This document shows positions 24,501 through 38,559 of a stretch of DNA of 64,000 nucleotides, piece after piece. Position 1 is the stretch's first letter; the number at the start of each line of letters is the position of its first letter. The stretch is taken from NCBI GenBank assembly GCA_013265495.1, contig MU058781.1, positions 3,349,050 to 3,413,049 of the forward strand. The letters run 5' to 3'. The stretch is from Vicugna vicugna. Taxonomy: Eukaryota. A program made the position numbers and the translations under genes. Below the pieces are notes generated by a model. That model worked only from the letters and a program-made list of their open reading frames with translations, made no database searches and had not been told where the DNA came from.

Positions 24501-26759
24501 AAGAATGTGCTTTAAACAGCACAACTTGCAGCTTAAAATGAGTCTGTGATCCTTTTTCTCACGCACTTCATCACTGGGTGAAGCTGGCTGCCGGCACCTC
24601 TCCCACAGTAAGAGGGGAAATAAATCACCTCGTCTGTGCTGGTGACGTAGTGCTACTCTCATGCTCTCTGACTCCAGAGGAAATTATACTGTCTGCATAA
24701 CTGTTAGGAAGAAGTACCTAATATCAATTATGTCAAAACCAAGATTGTTATTTTGGACAGCTACTATGTGGTATTGAGCTGATCACGGTTTAAGTCTAGT
24801 CTTTACTTATCTGGGGGCTGGATGGCGGGCTGGCCCATCGAGGAGCTCATTGGAATGCAGACCTCTGCCATCTGAAGTTTCTGCCAGGACCACAGGAGGA
24901 CAGGGAGGTAGATGGCTGATCACTTTGCTCTGTTAGGATCTTTCTGGTCAGTCATGCCTTGTTCATTTAATATTATAGGACTTTGGGTTCTCAGTTGTGA
25001 TTGATGCAAACATTGGCCGGATAGCTCTTTACAAAAGATCTTGGCCTCTCTGTGTCCCTGCTGAGTTAGAAGAGCTGACTTCCCTGATTCCTTTTTACAA
25101 CAAAACATCACTTTTGCTTCCCGCAACCTGGTGCTTAGGTCAGTGTTTCCCAGAAGATTCTCCTCAGAGTGAAGAAAGTCCCCTCGTACTCCATTAAGAA
25201 AAAAAAAAAGGATCATATTGTCAAATGAATTTGGAAGAAACACTGGGTTAAACCAAGGCCCTCTGCTGCTAATGAACACTACGCGTCTCAGGTGGCACAC
25301 ACATTTCCCCAAATCATTGTCCTCCGAGCATCTCTGGGGGTTGCTGTCCTGCTAAACACACTGTGGGAAGTGCTGACCTACATGACTTGGATGTCATCAC
25401 AAACAACAGTAGATAAACAGTCCCATCTCCTACCTCGTGGGCCGCGAAGAGTTCATCTAAGGTAGCTACTCAGCACTGCACAAGTTCAGCAGGTGGGTTA
25501 CTACGTTGGGGATGAGGAACTTTGTTCATGCACACCCTCCACTTGGACCTTCGTTGAAGTTCACACTTTAATAATGGGAGGAATCAGGATCATTGCTTAT
25601 TATCGTGTGATGAGGACACTTAACGCTTCATCACACGTCTCTCTTTTAGATGTTTCCACGTGGTTTAGATTTTTACAGGAAAAAAAAAAATTCCAAACTG
25701 GTTAGCCTCTCTGATTTTGAGGATCACTTGGCCTTAATTGCCAAATATTTCTAAAGGTACTTTTCATTTTGAATGAGTAGTTCAGAAAGCTTTAGATAAT
25801 CCAGTTAAAAACCTTCTTGCCTAGTTACTTTACATGTAGCAAAATGCTGAGATACTCCTGGGACTCCTGAACATCATCTGAGTTGGTAAAAATCACAATA
25901 CTTGGTGCCCCCCAGATTGCTTCTAGATTAACACAACTTCGTCTTGAATGTATTTGTCATATTATTCTGTCTGAAACTAGACATTCAGAGTTGCATTCTT
26001 TTCTGCTTCTTTCCCAACAAGGGATTTAGATTGACAGCCTTGTTTTCTCATTGATTTCCTTATGAAATAAAAGATCAACTGGCATTTGCCATCTGATCTT
26101 TCGAAATGGAAGGCCTCCAAGTTTATCCTACTCCATCAGATCCTTGCTCTCTTTTCTCCTCTTCATATATTGTATGTATAGATTTAATTTTGAAAGAGTC
26201 TTTTCATCTTGAAAAAAAAAATGGGAGCCTGTTCTCAGGAGACAGTGTAAATGTGGCTGATTGTTTCATGCTGCGTCCTTCTAGGCTATGGCTGTTGCAT
26301 CATATTCATAATCCTCCTTATTTATGATGTCAGATGGGAAGTAGAGATAGGTTCCAGTTCTGGAGGTTCATTCCATTTGTCACGGTAGATCTCTAGCCTA
26401 AATTCACTTTCACTGGGGTTGTAAAATTCCAAAGGGATGAAAGCTACAGTTCTTACTTGCAGGTTGACTGTTTTAACGACTCAAGGTGTAAGACTATGCA
26501 GTCAGCTACTGCAGATTTCATCATTTCTCAATTGTTTTTACCCCTCTTCAGACGTCTATGTAATTTAAAGGCAGTTGCGTAGGGAATTCAACAGAGATAG
26601 ATTATCCTGGAGAAACATCTGAACAACTCCCTGTTCTGGTACTCTGAGAAGAACCAGATAACTAAAAAAGCATCAATACTACATTCCGCCCCGCTTTCCT
26701 CATTTTATAGAATGTAAGAGTACTTTATACTGTCCTGGGAGTAAAGTGCAATACTGGGA

Positions 26760-27285
26760 GCCCAGCAACTGTAAGTCTAGTGATAGATTCTAGAAAAATT
26801 CTTGTACTTGTTCACATGGGTATCTGAGCAGGTATATTCACGGGAGCAAAAGTTTCAGGCCAAAAATGTGAAGCGGCTTAAATTTCCTTCAATTGCCAAT
26901 GACAAAATAAGTTATGGCACTTACATCCCATGTCATGGTATACGGTACTTGAAGCTACTGAGATGTTGCTGTAGGTACTGATGGGAGATCCCTAAAACAT
27001 GGATGAATGAGACGGGAAAAGAGTTGCAGAACAGTACAAACAGAATGATCCCATTTGTGGTCATAAAATCTGTATTTATACGTAGTGTAGGAGTGTGTGG
27101 GAAAGAGGCGGGGAGAGGGAGGGAGGAAAGAAAAGATAGAGAAAATAAAAATATCAGAGAAGGGCAGTAGATTTGATGAGTTTGGTCTATGGAAGGAGGG
27201 ACAGTGAAAAAGGAGTTTTTCTATTTCTTGAATTATTTACAGTGAAAGTGTTTTCATGTATTTGATAAATAAAAAAAATTAAAGT
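26760..27285 (+). mobile_element. Old L1 (L1ME-like) 3' fragment
   Basis: tagaaaaattcttgtacttgttcac...aaaagagttgcagaacagtacaaacagaatgatcccatttgtg...A-rich end. Confidence 0.6.
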
Positions 27286-27793
27286 GTGTGTATGTGTGTG
27301 TGTGCATTTACAAAAAAATGAAAGGATTGTCCTAGTTATTTTTAACAAGTTCATCCAACCCAGGCATTCACTAAGCAGAACAAACCCATCCAAGATGCCT
27401 GTTTTAAGTTTATCAAAGATGTCAAAGAAGCATAGGACTTTTTTGGCTTAGCCCAAACCTAGGTGGATAGGGAGACTGAAAAAATAATTAGGGGGAGATG
27501 ATGGAACACTGGCTTTTAGCAAATACGGCATCGATGGCAATGGTGTCTCAGAAGAAGAGTTTACAAAAGCGATTAGAGCCGCTGTCACTCTCTTACCAGA
27601 GTTGGTCTCCCAGCTTTGGTGGAATTTACTGTTGAGAATCAGTCCTTCACCAGGCTTCTCCTTACCAAAGCACCTGGTCACATGTAAACAGACTTCAGAG
27701 CAACAGAATGGAGCATAAAGCTGTGGGAACCCCCACTAGTGTTTACCTTTGTTTATAAACCAGTGCAGGGCATGTGTTTTAAGATTCAGGTTT

Positions 27794-28333
27794 TGTTACT
27801 ATTCAGGTGTGGTGAGGCCAGCAAATCAAGAGACAACCGCCATTGTTTGAGAGACTTTGTCACAGTTACAGATCCCAAGAGAAGAGGTCACAGCAGGCCA
27901 CGGAGGGCCATATGTGGAAGCACCAGGGTCAGTCAGGAGGCAGAAAGAATGGGAGGAAAATGTGGGGCAGAGCCTTTATTGTGGTTTCCACTGGGAGAAA
28001 TGGGCAGGACAGGGTAAGCAGGCTTACCTGGCTAGTTTGAATCATTTTAGTGGGCCCTAGGGCATAAGAACTGTCTCTGGTTGTCTGGTACCTGTCCCTG
28101 GGGTGACTAGGGCGGGCAACTGTGGCCTGTAGTGTAAAAACTCCATGCTGGAGGTAGTTGAGGGTAGGGCCCTTGGACTGCTTGGTTTGCATATGAAAGG
28201 CAGCCCCACAGGCGCGTCATTTACTATCTGTAGGAGCTGGTTAACTTGGGAGGGGCAGTCTCTCCAGGATCAGCAAGGCTCCAAGATGTCAACAGATCAG
28301 AGCTACAGAAAATAAAAAGGCATGATCAGTAGT
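27794..28333 (-). mobile_element. ERVL-class LTR (MER74/MER73-like)
   Basis: tgttactattcaggtgtggtgaggcca...ggaagcaccagggtcagtcaggaggcag...gagcctttattgtggtttcc...ggtttgcatatgaaagg...gggaggggcagtctctccagg...cagcaaggc. Confidence 0.8.
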
Positions 28334-29093
28334 AGGTGGCGATAAACTAGAAGAAAAGCTATGCCTTTCAAGGTTTTCTACATGGTTTTTATACTAATAT
28401 TTTATTTAATGACAAACTTGGAGAGCCTTCCTTGGAGAGGCCAACCTTTGAGGAATGTGGTTTTTGGGGGTCATTTTAGGCCATTTTTGATAAAATAATT
28501 GCCAAGTCTCTCACTCATTTCAGACAAGAAAGAGGACTAGGTGAAGCTTTTAAAAATGTGTTTGGACTTACTCAGCTAATTCTTTGTTGGCCTGTAAAAG
28601 CAAGTCAGCCATGTTTTTCCCTTTTCCTCTTCAGGCTGTTTCGCATGTGGCGTAGCATTTCAGACTGGATGTCCCTGCAGTAGCCTTTACACATTTGCTG
28701 GTCTGTGTGATCTCGTTTTGATGTTTCAGTTGCAACAGGACCATCTCAAAAGCCTACTGCAGTGTCTTGCATTTACTGCAGCCTGGAAATTTGGTTCTTT
28801 TCTAAAGACCCAAGGAGTTGCGTTGTCACCATCTGAGCTGTGTTTTCATTTTTGAGGGGAATCGGCTCCCTGCTTTTTCTATGTTGGTTCCACTGTGTTA
28901 GAGATTAAAAAAAGAAATTGTTGTTTTTAGAAATTTGCCTTTGTATGTTATATTTCTAATCCTTGTATTTTAACGTTGTCCCCTTGCCTCCTGTAGCCTT
29001 AAAATTCATTCATTTAATCATCTGCTCAGATTTACTGCTTTTGTTTTGAATTGATGTTTTTGCCCTTGTTGAGAATTTTCCTTTGTGGTCACT

Positions 29094-29260
29094 TTTTTTT
29101 TTTTTTCGTTTCTTAATGGCTTGATTGAGCTAAAACTTACATAATGTAAAATCAACTCGTAAGAATACCACTCAATGATTTTAGTAAAATTGGAGAGTTG
29201 TGCAGCCATCACCACGATCCAGTTTTATAACCAAAAAATTTATACCAGAACATTCCTACG
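29094..29260 (-). mobile_element. L1MB-like 3' terminus
   Basis: Poly-T, then ttgagctaaaacttacataatgtaaaatcaac...agagttgtgcagccatcaccacgatccagtttta. Confidence 0.75.
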
Positions 29261-30199
29261 TGTGGTCACTCGGCTTTTAAACTGCCTTGGGCTTTAGTGA
29301 CTGAATAACATTAGAGTGAGTGATCTTTATATAACAGATTTTCTTGTTTGAAAGGAAGTCCTTAATGACTTTATTTTTCTTTTGTATGAAAATGTTACCT
29401 ATTCATATGCTTTCTGCCACCAGTCTAATGAGGCAATTTTTCAGGGTTTTGTTGGGGTTTTTTTTTTTGCTTGTTTGTTTGTTTTGAGATGAATAGTTTT
29501 GTTCTGTTAACTTCCATTTCCCATCCCCCAGAGCCCAACACTGCCCGGTTAATCAGCTCCCTGTCACGCCTCGGCGCTCCCTTACCTGATTCATCCCTGT
29601 TACCCTTGGACAGGTGCAGTACGCATTACAGCTTCTCTTCCCTGATGCATTGCCCCTCTCCTTCTGACTTCTGTAACTTTTCATAATCTCTTCTCCCCAT
29701 TTTTTGGTCTCTGTTCTACCCAAATTCAGAGTTGTTGGAGAGGGAGAATCGGACCTAGCCTTGGTTGGTGACAAGGAAACGGTTATATTTTCCTTCCTCC
29801 CCCACATTGAATCCTCTCCCCCGCCTCCCCCCGCGGTTTATGGCTCAGATGATCAGTCCTTCTGCGCTGGAGGGCCTGTTTTATTTCACTTCCAGGAGTG
29901 GTGGTGGGCTTGTGTCTTTGGCCCCAGTTAAACTAGCTCTAACTTTGGAAGAACTGCTGAAAGTAAGATTAGCAGAAAGGCATCCTGCTTACATTGTTAA
30001 TAGAGATAGTAAGTCAAGAGTGCCTGGAAAGAGGTCATTCCTGGATACAAAGTGTGGTTATGTCATTTTACCGTGACTTTCAGCTCCAAATAAACTAGTA
30101 ATAAAATTGCCTTTCATTTTTAAAGCTTTATACATTAGATCATATTTAGAGCCTATATACATTATAATGATCTCCTCAAAAATGTGGTATAGAGGGGAA

Positions 30200-30345
30200 A
30201 ACAGGCTTCAAAATCTGTTTCTGCTCTTCTATGTATTGCTCTGTGACTGTGAGCCAGTTTGTTTTGCTGGGCCTCAGGTACCGCATCTGTAAAATGGGAA
30301 TAACATTTCACAGGATTGTGGTGAAGATTAGGTTAAATGACATGA
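30200..30345 (+). mobile_element. MIR SINE
   Basis: ctgtgactgtgagccag...gggcctcaggtaccgcatctgtaaaatgggaataacatttcacaggattgtggtgaagatt. Confidence 0.8.
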
Positions 30346-30789
30346 CATCTTGCCTTGCCCAGAATGATCTGTGTATCCTCTCTGGGCACATCTACTTCTG
30401 CAGTAGGAAATGGACCAAGTCCAAGAATGAATAAGCCATCTCTTCCCAGAGTGTCAATTAAAGTTGGAAATTGGTGTGTGTGTAAGGTTGGGGGTACTTT
30501 AGTTAAATAAGAGCAGATTTATTATATGAAGTCCACCTTTATCTTTAAGGAAAAACTAAATGCATTTTTAAAAACTGGCATGCTTGAGGCAGGCAACTTC
30601 AGTCATCCCCTTGGAGCCCCTGGCATTACTCCTTTGCTATTAGGAGTGTTTCCATGGAAAAATTTGAGAAGCACTAGTGCATGAAAGGGTCTAGCAAGGT
30701 CCATGCCGTACAGGACAGTCTCGTTGAACTTCCCATCCCTGATTCATGAAGCTTTCCGTCGCATTTCCCAGCACACACTTGGTATCTCC

Positions 30790-31690
30790 TCTCGGATGTG
30801 GCTAACATTGAGTGCAGCATCCTCCCTCCACGCCTGATTTTCATCTGATTACCCTACCGTAGTAATCACCACCACTGTCCATTCAGCTATTCAAGTCGTG
30901 AATTAAGAAGTCGTCCTTGACCCCTCTCTTTCCTGCACATCCTATACTTAGACTTTAACTTCAAGTGGTGGCAACACCGCCAGCTTCACATGTCTTGAGT
31001 GCATCCTTTGTCTCCACCTCTGTCTTCAGCATCTTAGTGTAGCTCCTGTTATCTTCTTCCTCGCCTTGTGAAGCCACCTAGTCACTGGCTTCCCTCCAAT
31101 CCGTCCTCCACGCCAAAGTGGATGTTGATTTTTCAAATACTCAAATTTGATCATTTCTTCCCATTTCCTTTACAATAACCTGATCAGTAAGGCCCTGCAT
31201 GGCCCAGCACCTCTGCCTCTCTGGCCGCATCTCCAGCCATCATTCTGGACCTGATGCTGATGGTACAGTCACACCTGCTTGCTTTGTGTTTGTCCAGGGC
31301 ACCGTGATTCCTCCATCGGGAGCAGTTACCCAGCGTGCTATGTCTGGAGTGTTTCCCTCAGCCCCTACCTGACCACTCTGGGCTGACATAAAGTATATTG
31401 GTCTTTAAACTCAGCCTGGGGTCTCTGCCTCAGAAAAGCCTTTTCTAACCCCCCAGTGGAGGAGGTTATCACATGCTCTGATGGAACCATGTCTTCTTTT
31501 AAGAAGACTCAATTTGCAATCTCAGTTTGCAGTCATACATTAGGTAATATTATAATTTGATGACTAAATCACACATTAGTCTATAATTTCTGTGAGAGCA
31601 AGGACTGTCCCTTTGGTCACTGTCATGTCCAGCCCCTGGCGTGGTGCCTTTCACTGCAGGCAGGTGGTCCTCAGTTGTTGAATGCGTACG
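30790..31690 (+). mobile_element. L2 LINE 3' portion
   Basis: agaagtcgtccttgacccctctctttcc...tgtgagagcaaggactgtcc...cagcccctggcgtggtgcct...cagttgttgaatg (L2 terminus). Confidence 0.72.
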
Positions 31691-32389
31691 CAGAGACAGC
31701 TGAGGTCCAGTTGGCTGAGGGGTCGTCCTGAAAGATGTCCATGTTCTGCTGATACTTGAGATCTTGGACCTCCACGCCCAGGGCTCCACCCGCCTCGCTG
31801 CAGACCCTTCGCTTCGTGCTGTGGGTCCGGTCCTTCCACTTTAGTCCGTGGTTTTGAAAAGCCCCTGGGACGTCTCATTTCTTTGAAGAGAAATCGATTC
31901 ATTTACGTGGTTCAATGCAGGATGGCAAAGCACCTTTCTTCACCTTGCCTGTTCAGTCTTTCCCACTTTGCTGCCCAGCAAATCTTTTTAAAAAAAATCA
32001 AGCAGAACTTTCTAACCTAATTGCACACACTTCCCTTTCCCTTCCCCAGGCATCCGTCTCCTGCACAAGAACACCCTTCTGCCCTCTTCCCACCCTATCG
32101 TGTCCTTTGGTTCTGAGCATACAACTCCTTTATCTCCCCAAATGCGCAGAGCTCCCCTGGTTCACACCCACCTCTAACCCTTTTCCTTCCTTCCAGCCTT
32201 CCTGCCCTCACTTCTGTGTGTATATATTTATAAATATCTATCTTATTATTAATACATTCTCAGTAAGCTACCTGCTAGGACAACCTAACCTAACATTAAT
32301 TTTTCCTTCTCATGCCACTTAGTTCGCTGTAATCTAAAGGAGGGAGTTAGGATGCATTTTTAAAACAGTGAATTCCAAGTTACGGAGTC

Positions 32390-32540
32390 AGTGGTTTTCA
32401 GCCTTGAAATGCCTGAGAATAACCCAGAGAGCTTTTTATTACCATATAGATGTCAGGTCCAACCTGGACCTATTAAATCAGAGTGGCTGGGGCTGAGGCA
32501 CCACTGTTTTCCCAGGCTAGCCAAGTGACTTGATGAAGGT
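32390..32540. mobile_element. MER5-like hAT-Charlie element
   Basis: cagtggttttcagccttg...gaataacccagagagcttt...gacctattaaatcagagtggctggggctgaggc. Confidence 0.7.
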
Positions 32541-33616
32541 TACACACCAAGCGGGTAACAGAGTTACAATCATGACTTTCATTTCTTTGCTTTCTTTCTA
32601 GTTCTTACTCATATTATTTGCACTAAATTCTAATGAGAAGTGTATGTTAATCTGTATCTAAACTTGTCTGCATGACTTAGTTTCCTTATTTTATAACTGG
32701 ACCTTTTTTGTTCTCCCTGAATAACTGTGTATCCAAAGGATGTGAAGAGGCTCAAGCTGACAAAAGCAACCGCAGTCACCTCTCACCTCCTCCGCTCGGT
32801 GTTTACTGAAATGTCAGCTGCCAGAACAGCCTTCTTCTGCAGGCTCTGCTGATTTCCCCTGCCCTACCCTGAGCCACGGTCCTGCCCTTTGGTGCAGCCC
32901 CTCACGTCCCCACTCCAGGGCTCTGTTTCCACTTGACTTGCCCTCCGTCACGCCCACTGATCTGAGAGGAAACGCTCCCTCTTCCTCCTTCATCCCCCAC
33001 CTGCCTGAGCGATCGGCTCTGGTGAGTGGCTGGGTCACGGTGGAGGTGCATCTGGGAACCAAGCAGTTCATTTCCTTGCTTGGAGCCTAAGAGAGGAGAG
33101 CACTGGGTGGCTGTCCCACAGAGGTCTCCCACTGCCCCCCAGGCTCTTCTTGGAGACCTGGGTACCAATCCAGGGAACTTTTTAGGAGATACTTTCACGT
33201 CATTTGTTTAATAGTCAAGAAGCAACAGAATCCTCAGTGAGATGTGATCTAGATGAATTAGGTAATTAAAAAAGAAGTCCTACCTATGAGGAAAGGCCAT
33301 ACACAGGAAGATAGGTATGTCGCCAAGATCAAGAGTAGCGTTTCTGGCTTTGAATTCTAGACCCGCTTCTCAGTGTGCCTCCAGGAGTTTGTTGAGTTCC
33401 CTCTGCTACAGTTTCCTCCGTCACCTGCTGCATTTAAATAAATTGAAATAAAAATGCCTATCTCCTGAGTAATTTGATTGTTTTGAAGATTAAATAAAAT
33501 AATCGGATTAAAATGCTGATGATTGTATCAAAAATGTTAACTGCTATCATTAGCTTCCATTAGTAAAGTATAATTTACAGAAGTTTTTCCATACGTTGCA
33601 TTTCAGTACTTCTTAA

Positions 33617-33880
<264 letters not shown>

Positions 33881-34414
33881 TAAAACTCCAGACACTCGCA
33901 GAGAGATCTGAGGAAGCAGCAGACAGTGCTGAAACTATCGGTGTTACAGCAGGGACTAGGGCTCCCGCTTTCTCGGTGTTGAAGTCAAACCACAGGATGC
34001 TACGGGGAATGACGCGGCTCCAGGAGTGGTGTCGGTGCTGGTGGTGAGCGCCTTGGTGTCTGAGCACACATGGCTGGGGCGAATATAATTGCTCAGGCTC
34101 TTTCAGGCACCAGGGGTTCCCAAGACAGACGTTAAGCATCCACAAGCATCTGAAATTTCCCTAACAGATTTTTTTTTGGCAGCTCATCTCCCCATAACAG
34201 AAGAAATCAGAGTGGAGAAAAGCATAAACTATAAGTGTACACGTAAGATACTCCAAATGCTAGTAGTTACAGTGATTCGGACGCTCTGTGAATGTGTCCA
34301 CAAGCGTTTGCCAGTGAACTTATTCTATGTCTGTTGCTAACTGAATTCTGGCCTTTAAATACAAATGTATGCAGTGGTTTATACAGTATAGTAAGTATTC
34401 CTCTCCCTTCCTCC

Positions 34415-34598
34415 CCTCCCCCTCCCCCTCCCCCCTTCCCTCACCACTCTTCACTTAAGGCTTTAAAAGAAATGATGAACTGTTGATTCCAATCTTGTTA
34501 CACTTATCCCCCCTCCCCCTCCCCCCCTTCCCTCACCACTCTTCTCTTAAGGCTTTAAAAGAAATGATGAACTGTTGATTCCAATCTTGTTACACTTA
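34415..34598. repeat. 92-bp tandem duplication (2 copies) with a C-rich head
   Basis: ...ccttccctcaccactcttc(a/t)cttaaggctttaaaagaaatgatgaactgttgattccaatcttgttacactta ends at 34506 and again at 34598. Confidence 0.95.
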
Positions 34599-36094
34599 CC
34601 ACTAGTAACTGTCAGTTTCAGGTCTTATTGTTTGAGGCCTGTGTTATTTGTTGGGCCAGATTATTAAATCACATACTCTACTCTAAAGGTCCACCCTGAT
34701 CATCAGAGTGACCCTGTAAGTCCGACAGCGCAGTCAGTTGACCGCGTTCTTGTGGGTCTTCCCTGTGCCTAGTCTGTGTTGTAGCACAGAAAGGCGAGTG
34801 GTGTTTCTAACTTGATTGCTTCTCCGTGATTCCCTGTCGTCAGTGAGTTGGTCCTTATTCCTCTAGTGCAGTTTGCCTCATTCTCTCCCATCACGGGGCT
34901 TCCTGGTGGCACTTTGGGAGTGTTCTTTCTTCGCACACACGGCCACCCTGAAATGCTGCAGGTAGGAGGTGGTGCTGCTCTTGCCCCAGGGGCAGGGGGT
35001 GCGGGAGGCGGGGTGTGAGGTTAACTCTCAGAGCCCCCTGGTGCCAAGGCGTCCCTTGGCGCGTCACTGTTTGTCTTTCTGTTTCTGGGTAAGGCCAAAC
35101 CAAGATCCACCATCTTTCATTAATTAAGCTCTCCAGGGGAAAAGAATCCATAATTTTGTCACTTTTATCCAATGTCTTAATTTCTGTACAGCCCCCTGAC
35201 CCTCCCTTGTTATTGACCTTAAGTTTCCGTTTTGCAGCCCAAACTCTGTTCTTCATGTGCCCTCCCTGGTAGAGAAGGGGCATGTCTGACCACCACTGTG
35301 CTATTACGTGATCAGCGCCCAGTGATGGCTGAAATGAACATTACCGTCACAGCTAAAGTCTGTGCAGATGCAGTTAAATGAGCCCTTCCTCTCCCTCCTT
35401 TCTTCCTGCCGCCTTTGTACCTCTCACTGTAAAACTTCAGGAATACCCTAGAGAATACATTTCATTACAGTATTTATTATTTCCATTACACCTAATAACT
35501 AGGTTGGGTCAGTATTGCCTAAGGTACTTCCTGACTTAATCAAAGCAGTACTAGAGTGTTAGAGCAAGGCCTCATTTTACAGAGGAAGGAACATGGTGGC
35601 TGGGGTACTGAGTCTGGGGCCTGCCAGCACCACGCGGGCACTAGGAGTTCCCCCAGGATTCAGAGCCGTGTCCTGTTCGTGGTTGTTCCATAGCTTGCAC
35701 CCAGTAGCTGGCTGTGGAGGAGGGGACCAGTCTAGCCCTGAGCTGTCACCACAACTTCTGGTTTTATTTTTGTCTTTGCGCTTACCAGTGTGCCTTGTAC
35801 TGTTCAGTTGTCGGCTGGCTTTCCTCACCAGCGCAGAAACCCCAGGAGAACACGGACCTCATTGGCTTATTTGCAGATCCCCCAAGCCTCAGATTACTTG
35901 AGATAGATCAGCTCCCATAGATACTTACTGTTTGGATGATGGGAGGAGGAGCAGAGGGGGACTAAAATTAGAAATCCATTGCACATGGTAGATGTAGAAG
36001 TTGGTATCTGCTGTGGGCTTTTCTGATAAAAGCATCCATTTTGTACCACTGTGGGTGTTAATGACATTACCTTATGTCACATTCCATCAGCAGT

Positions 36095-36256
36095 TAGGAA
36101 CCTGGGCCCTGGAATCAGATCGCTTGGATTCAATTCCAGTTCCACTACTGAATAGCTGTGCAACTTTTGTCAAGTTGCTTAACTTCTCTGTGCTTCTATT
36201 TTTTATCTGAAAGTGTGGATGATGTTGTTATAATGAGGATTATATGAGATAACATT
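36095..36256 (+). mobile_element. MIR SINE (interrupted by MLT1 LTR)
   Basis: gggccctggaatcagatcgcttggattcaattccagttccactactgaatagctgtgcaac...caagttgcttaacttctctgtgc...gaggattatatgagataa. Confidence 0.85.
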
Positions 36257-36643
36257 TGTATTAGTTTACCTGGGCTGCTATAACAAAATACTGCAGGCTG
36301 GGTGACTTAAGCAACAGAAATGCATTTCCTCACCGTTTTGGAGGCTGGAAGTCCAGGGTCAAGGTGCCAGCAGGGTTGGTTTCTGGTGAGGCCTCCTCCT
36401 TGGCTTGCAGGCGGCTGCCTTCTGGCTGTGTCCTCACACGGCCTCTCCTCTGGGCCCGCACACTCCTGGTGTCTCTTCCTCTTTTCATAAGAAAATCAGT
36501 CCCACTGGATCAGGGCCCACCCTCATGACCTCATTTAACCTCAGTTCTTCCTTAAAGGCCCTCTCTCCAAGTGCAGTCAGACTAGGGGTTTGGGCTTCGG
36601 ATAGAAATTCAGGCGAGGGGGTGACACAGTCCAGTCCATAACA
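36257..36643 (-). mobile_element. MaLR solo LTR (MLT1B-like), full length
   Basis: tgtattagtt...gggctgctataacaaaatac...ggaggctggaagtcc...gggcccaccctcatgacctcatttaacct...cagtccataaca, with TG/CA termini. Confidence 0.92.
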
Positions 36644-38105
36644 CGTGAAGGTAGCGGCCATCGTTCCATACATTCACGAGAAATTGCTAACAAACCGTTA
36701 GTAGAAGTAATCGCATCATCTTCCTTTATATTTTTTGAAACCCTTTACGTGCCTGACCCTGGTTCAGCAGGCCCACGAGTTAGGAAGGGACATCACTGTC
36801 CTCTTTTATCTGAGGTGCAAGGCTCTTCAACCCGCCTCACGGTGGTCTTACTAAGCCCCTTGATACCCGATTTAATTTCCTTCTCACACCCCCTCCCTGC
36901 CTCCTCTTAACCTCTAAATGGGCCATTTTCTTGTCATTCGTTCCTCCCTTCCTACAACATCATTCAAGTTGCTGTGTCTGGGATCCTACTGAGTAAAACA
37001 AATAAAATTTGATTGCTGCAACCTGAGTGAACAGCACGTGGCAAAGAGCATTTAATGGTTTTCCAAGTAGTTTGTCTCAAAGATGAATTTCATAGATTTT
37101 CAGCAGTCCTTCCACATTGCTGGGCCGTCATGCCTCATCTTGGACCGCCTTTTGGGTTAGCGCACATGACTCTGGTCCTTTGGCAGCAAAACAGTTTCCA
37201 CCAGAGATGCATGGTCCCTGACAGCTGCCCATTGATTTGCAGTTGTTACGTCAGTCGGTTCACGGGGCCGGCCCCTGTTCATGCTGCAGCTATACTGTTT
37301 TGGGTACGGTGTTGCTAACCTGGTGGAAAGGAGTTTATCTTTAATTGGCAACATTTTCTCTTCCAACTCTTAATAATTTTGTTGGATAATACCTCGCTCA
37401 TTCAGAAAAAGTATAAACGGTAGGATGGAGATTTGTAACTGTTTCAGCAGGGTGGCCTCAGAATTAATGAGGTTTTATTACTCTTGATAGTTCTCAAAAT
37501 TCTTTATATTTTTCTTAGCAGGTTAAAATCCCAAACTGGTCAGTAAATTTAAATCAGGCGAAATGAGAGCTTAGGTTGAAAAGGGGAAATTTTCTCAATA
37601 TCTGTAGAAACTAGCTCAGGAATTCTTCATTTCATGGGATGTGTTGAATGTAAAGAACATAGGATACTGGACAGCTTGTTCTTTTTTATTGGTTTCCATA
37701 TAGAATCCTGTAAGATCAGAATCCAGAAGGAAGTTTAGATCAAAGTTTTAAACTCAGAGAAAATGGTTTGATTTCTGGATACATCGAGGCCATGTAAGAG
37801 TGCAGCAAACTTTAAAAACTACATACAAAGAAAAGTTTTAATTGTTAATCATGATGTGGTAGTAACATAAAATTGTAAATTCTTTTTTCTCTCATTTTCT
37901 GTATGTTTCATTATTTGGATTTAGCAATTTTATGAAAAACACAATGTAAACATTATACTGAACCATCATCATTCAAAAGATATTAAATCAACTAATGATA
38001 GAAAATAATCTGTAATTTGAGAACTTATTTTGAACTATTTATTCCCTAATTTTGTAGCCTGTTTGTCTGAATTAGAAACGTAAGGGTTCTCCTGGGCTCC
38101 TAGGA

Positions 38106-38400
38106 CATTCATTCGTTCATTCAACAAATTGTCCATGTGATCTAGGTGTTCAGCTGCAGTGATAACCAAAAGAGCAGACTTCTTACCTTCTCAGAGTTGA
38201 CATTCAACTAAAGGAAATATGAAATAATTATATAAGCATATGATATATTGTCAAGGAGCAATAAGCACTATGAAGACAAACAAAGCAGCAGGGTAAGGAG
38301 AGAAATTCAGGGAGTGGGGAGCCATGATTTTATATAAACGCAATCACGGAGGACTTCTGGAGGAGGTGATATTTGTACAGAGACCTAAGTGACGTGATCA
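38106..38400 (-). mobile_element. L2 3' end
   Basis: cattcattcgttcattcaacaaat...ttctggaggaggtgatatttgtacagagacct. Confidence 0.8.
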
Positions 38401-38559
38401 GTGCCTGAAATGGGAGTGTGGGTCCTACTAGTGCTTCAAAACAACTTAAAACCTAATCATGAGCCTTTAAGTTCTTTACATTGACTCAGTGTGTTTCTTT
38501 TAAATTAAAGCCTCTCTTTACACTTGCCTCTCTCTTAGTCCTCTGTAACTCAGAGGGCC

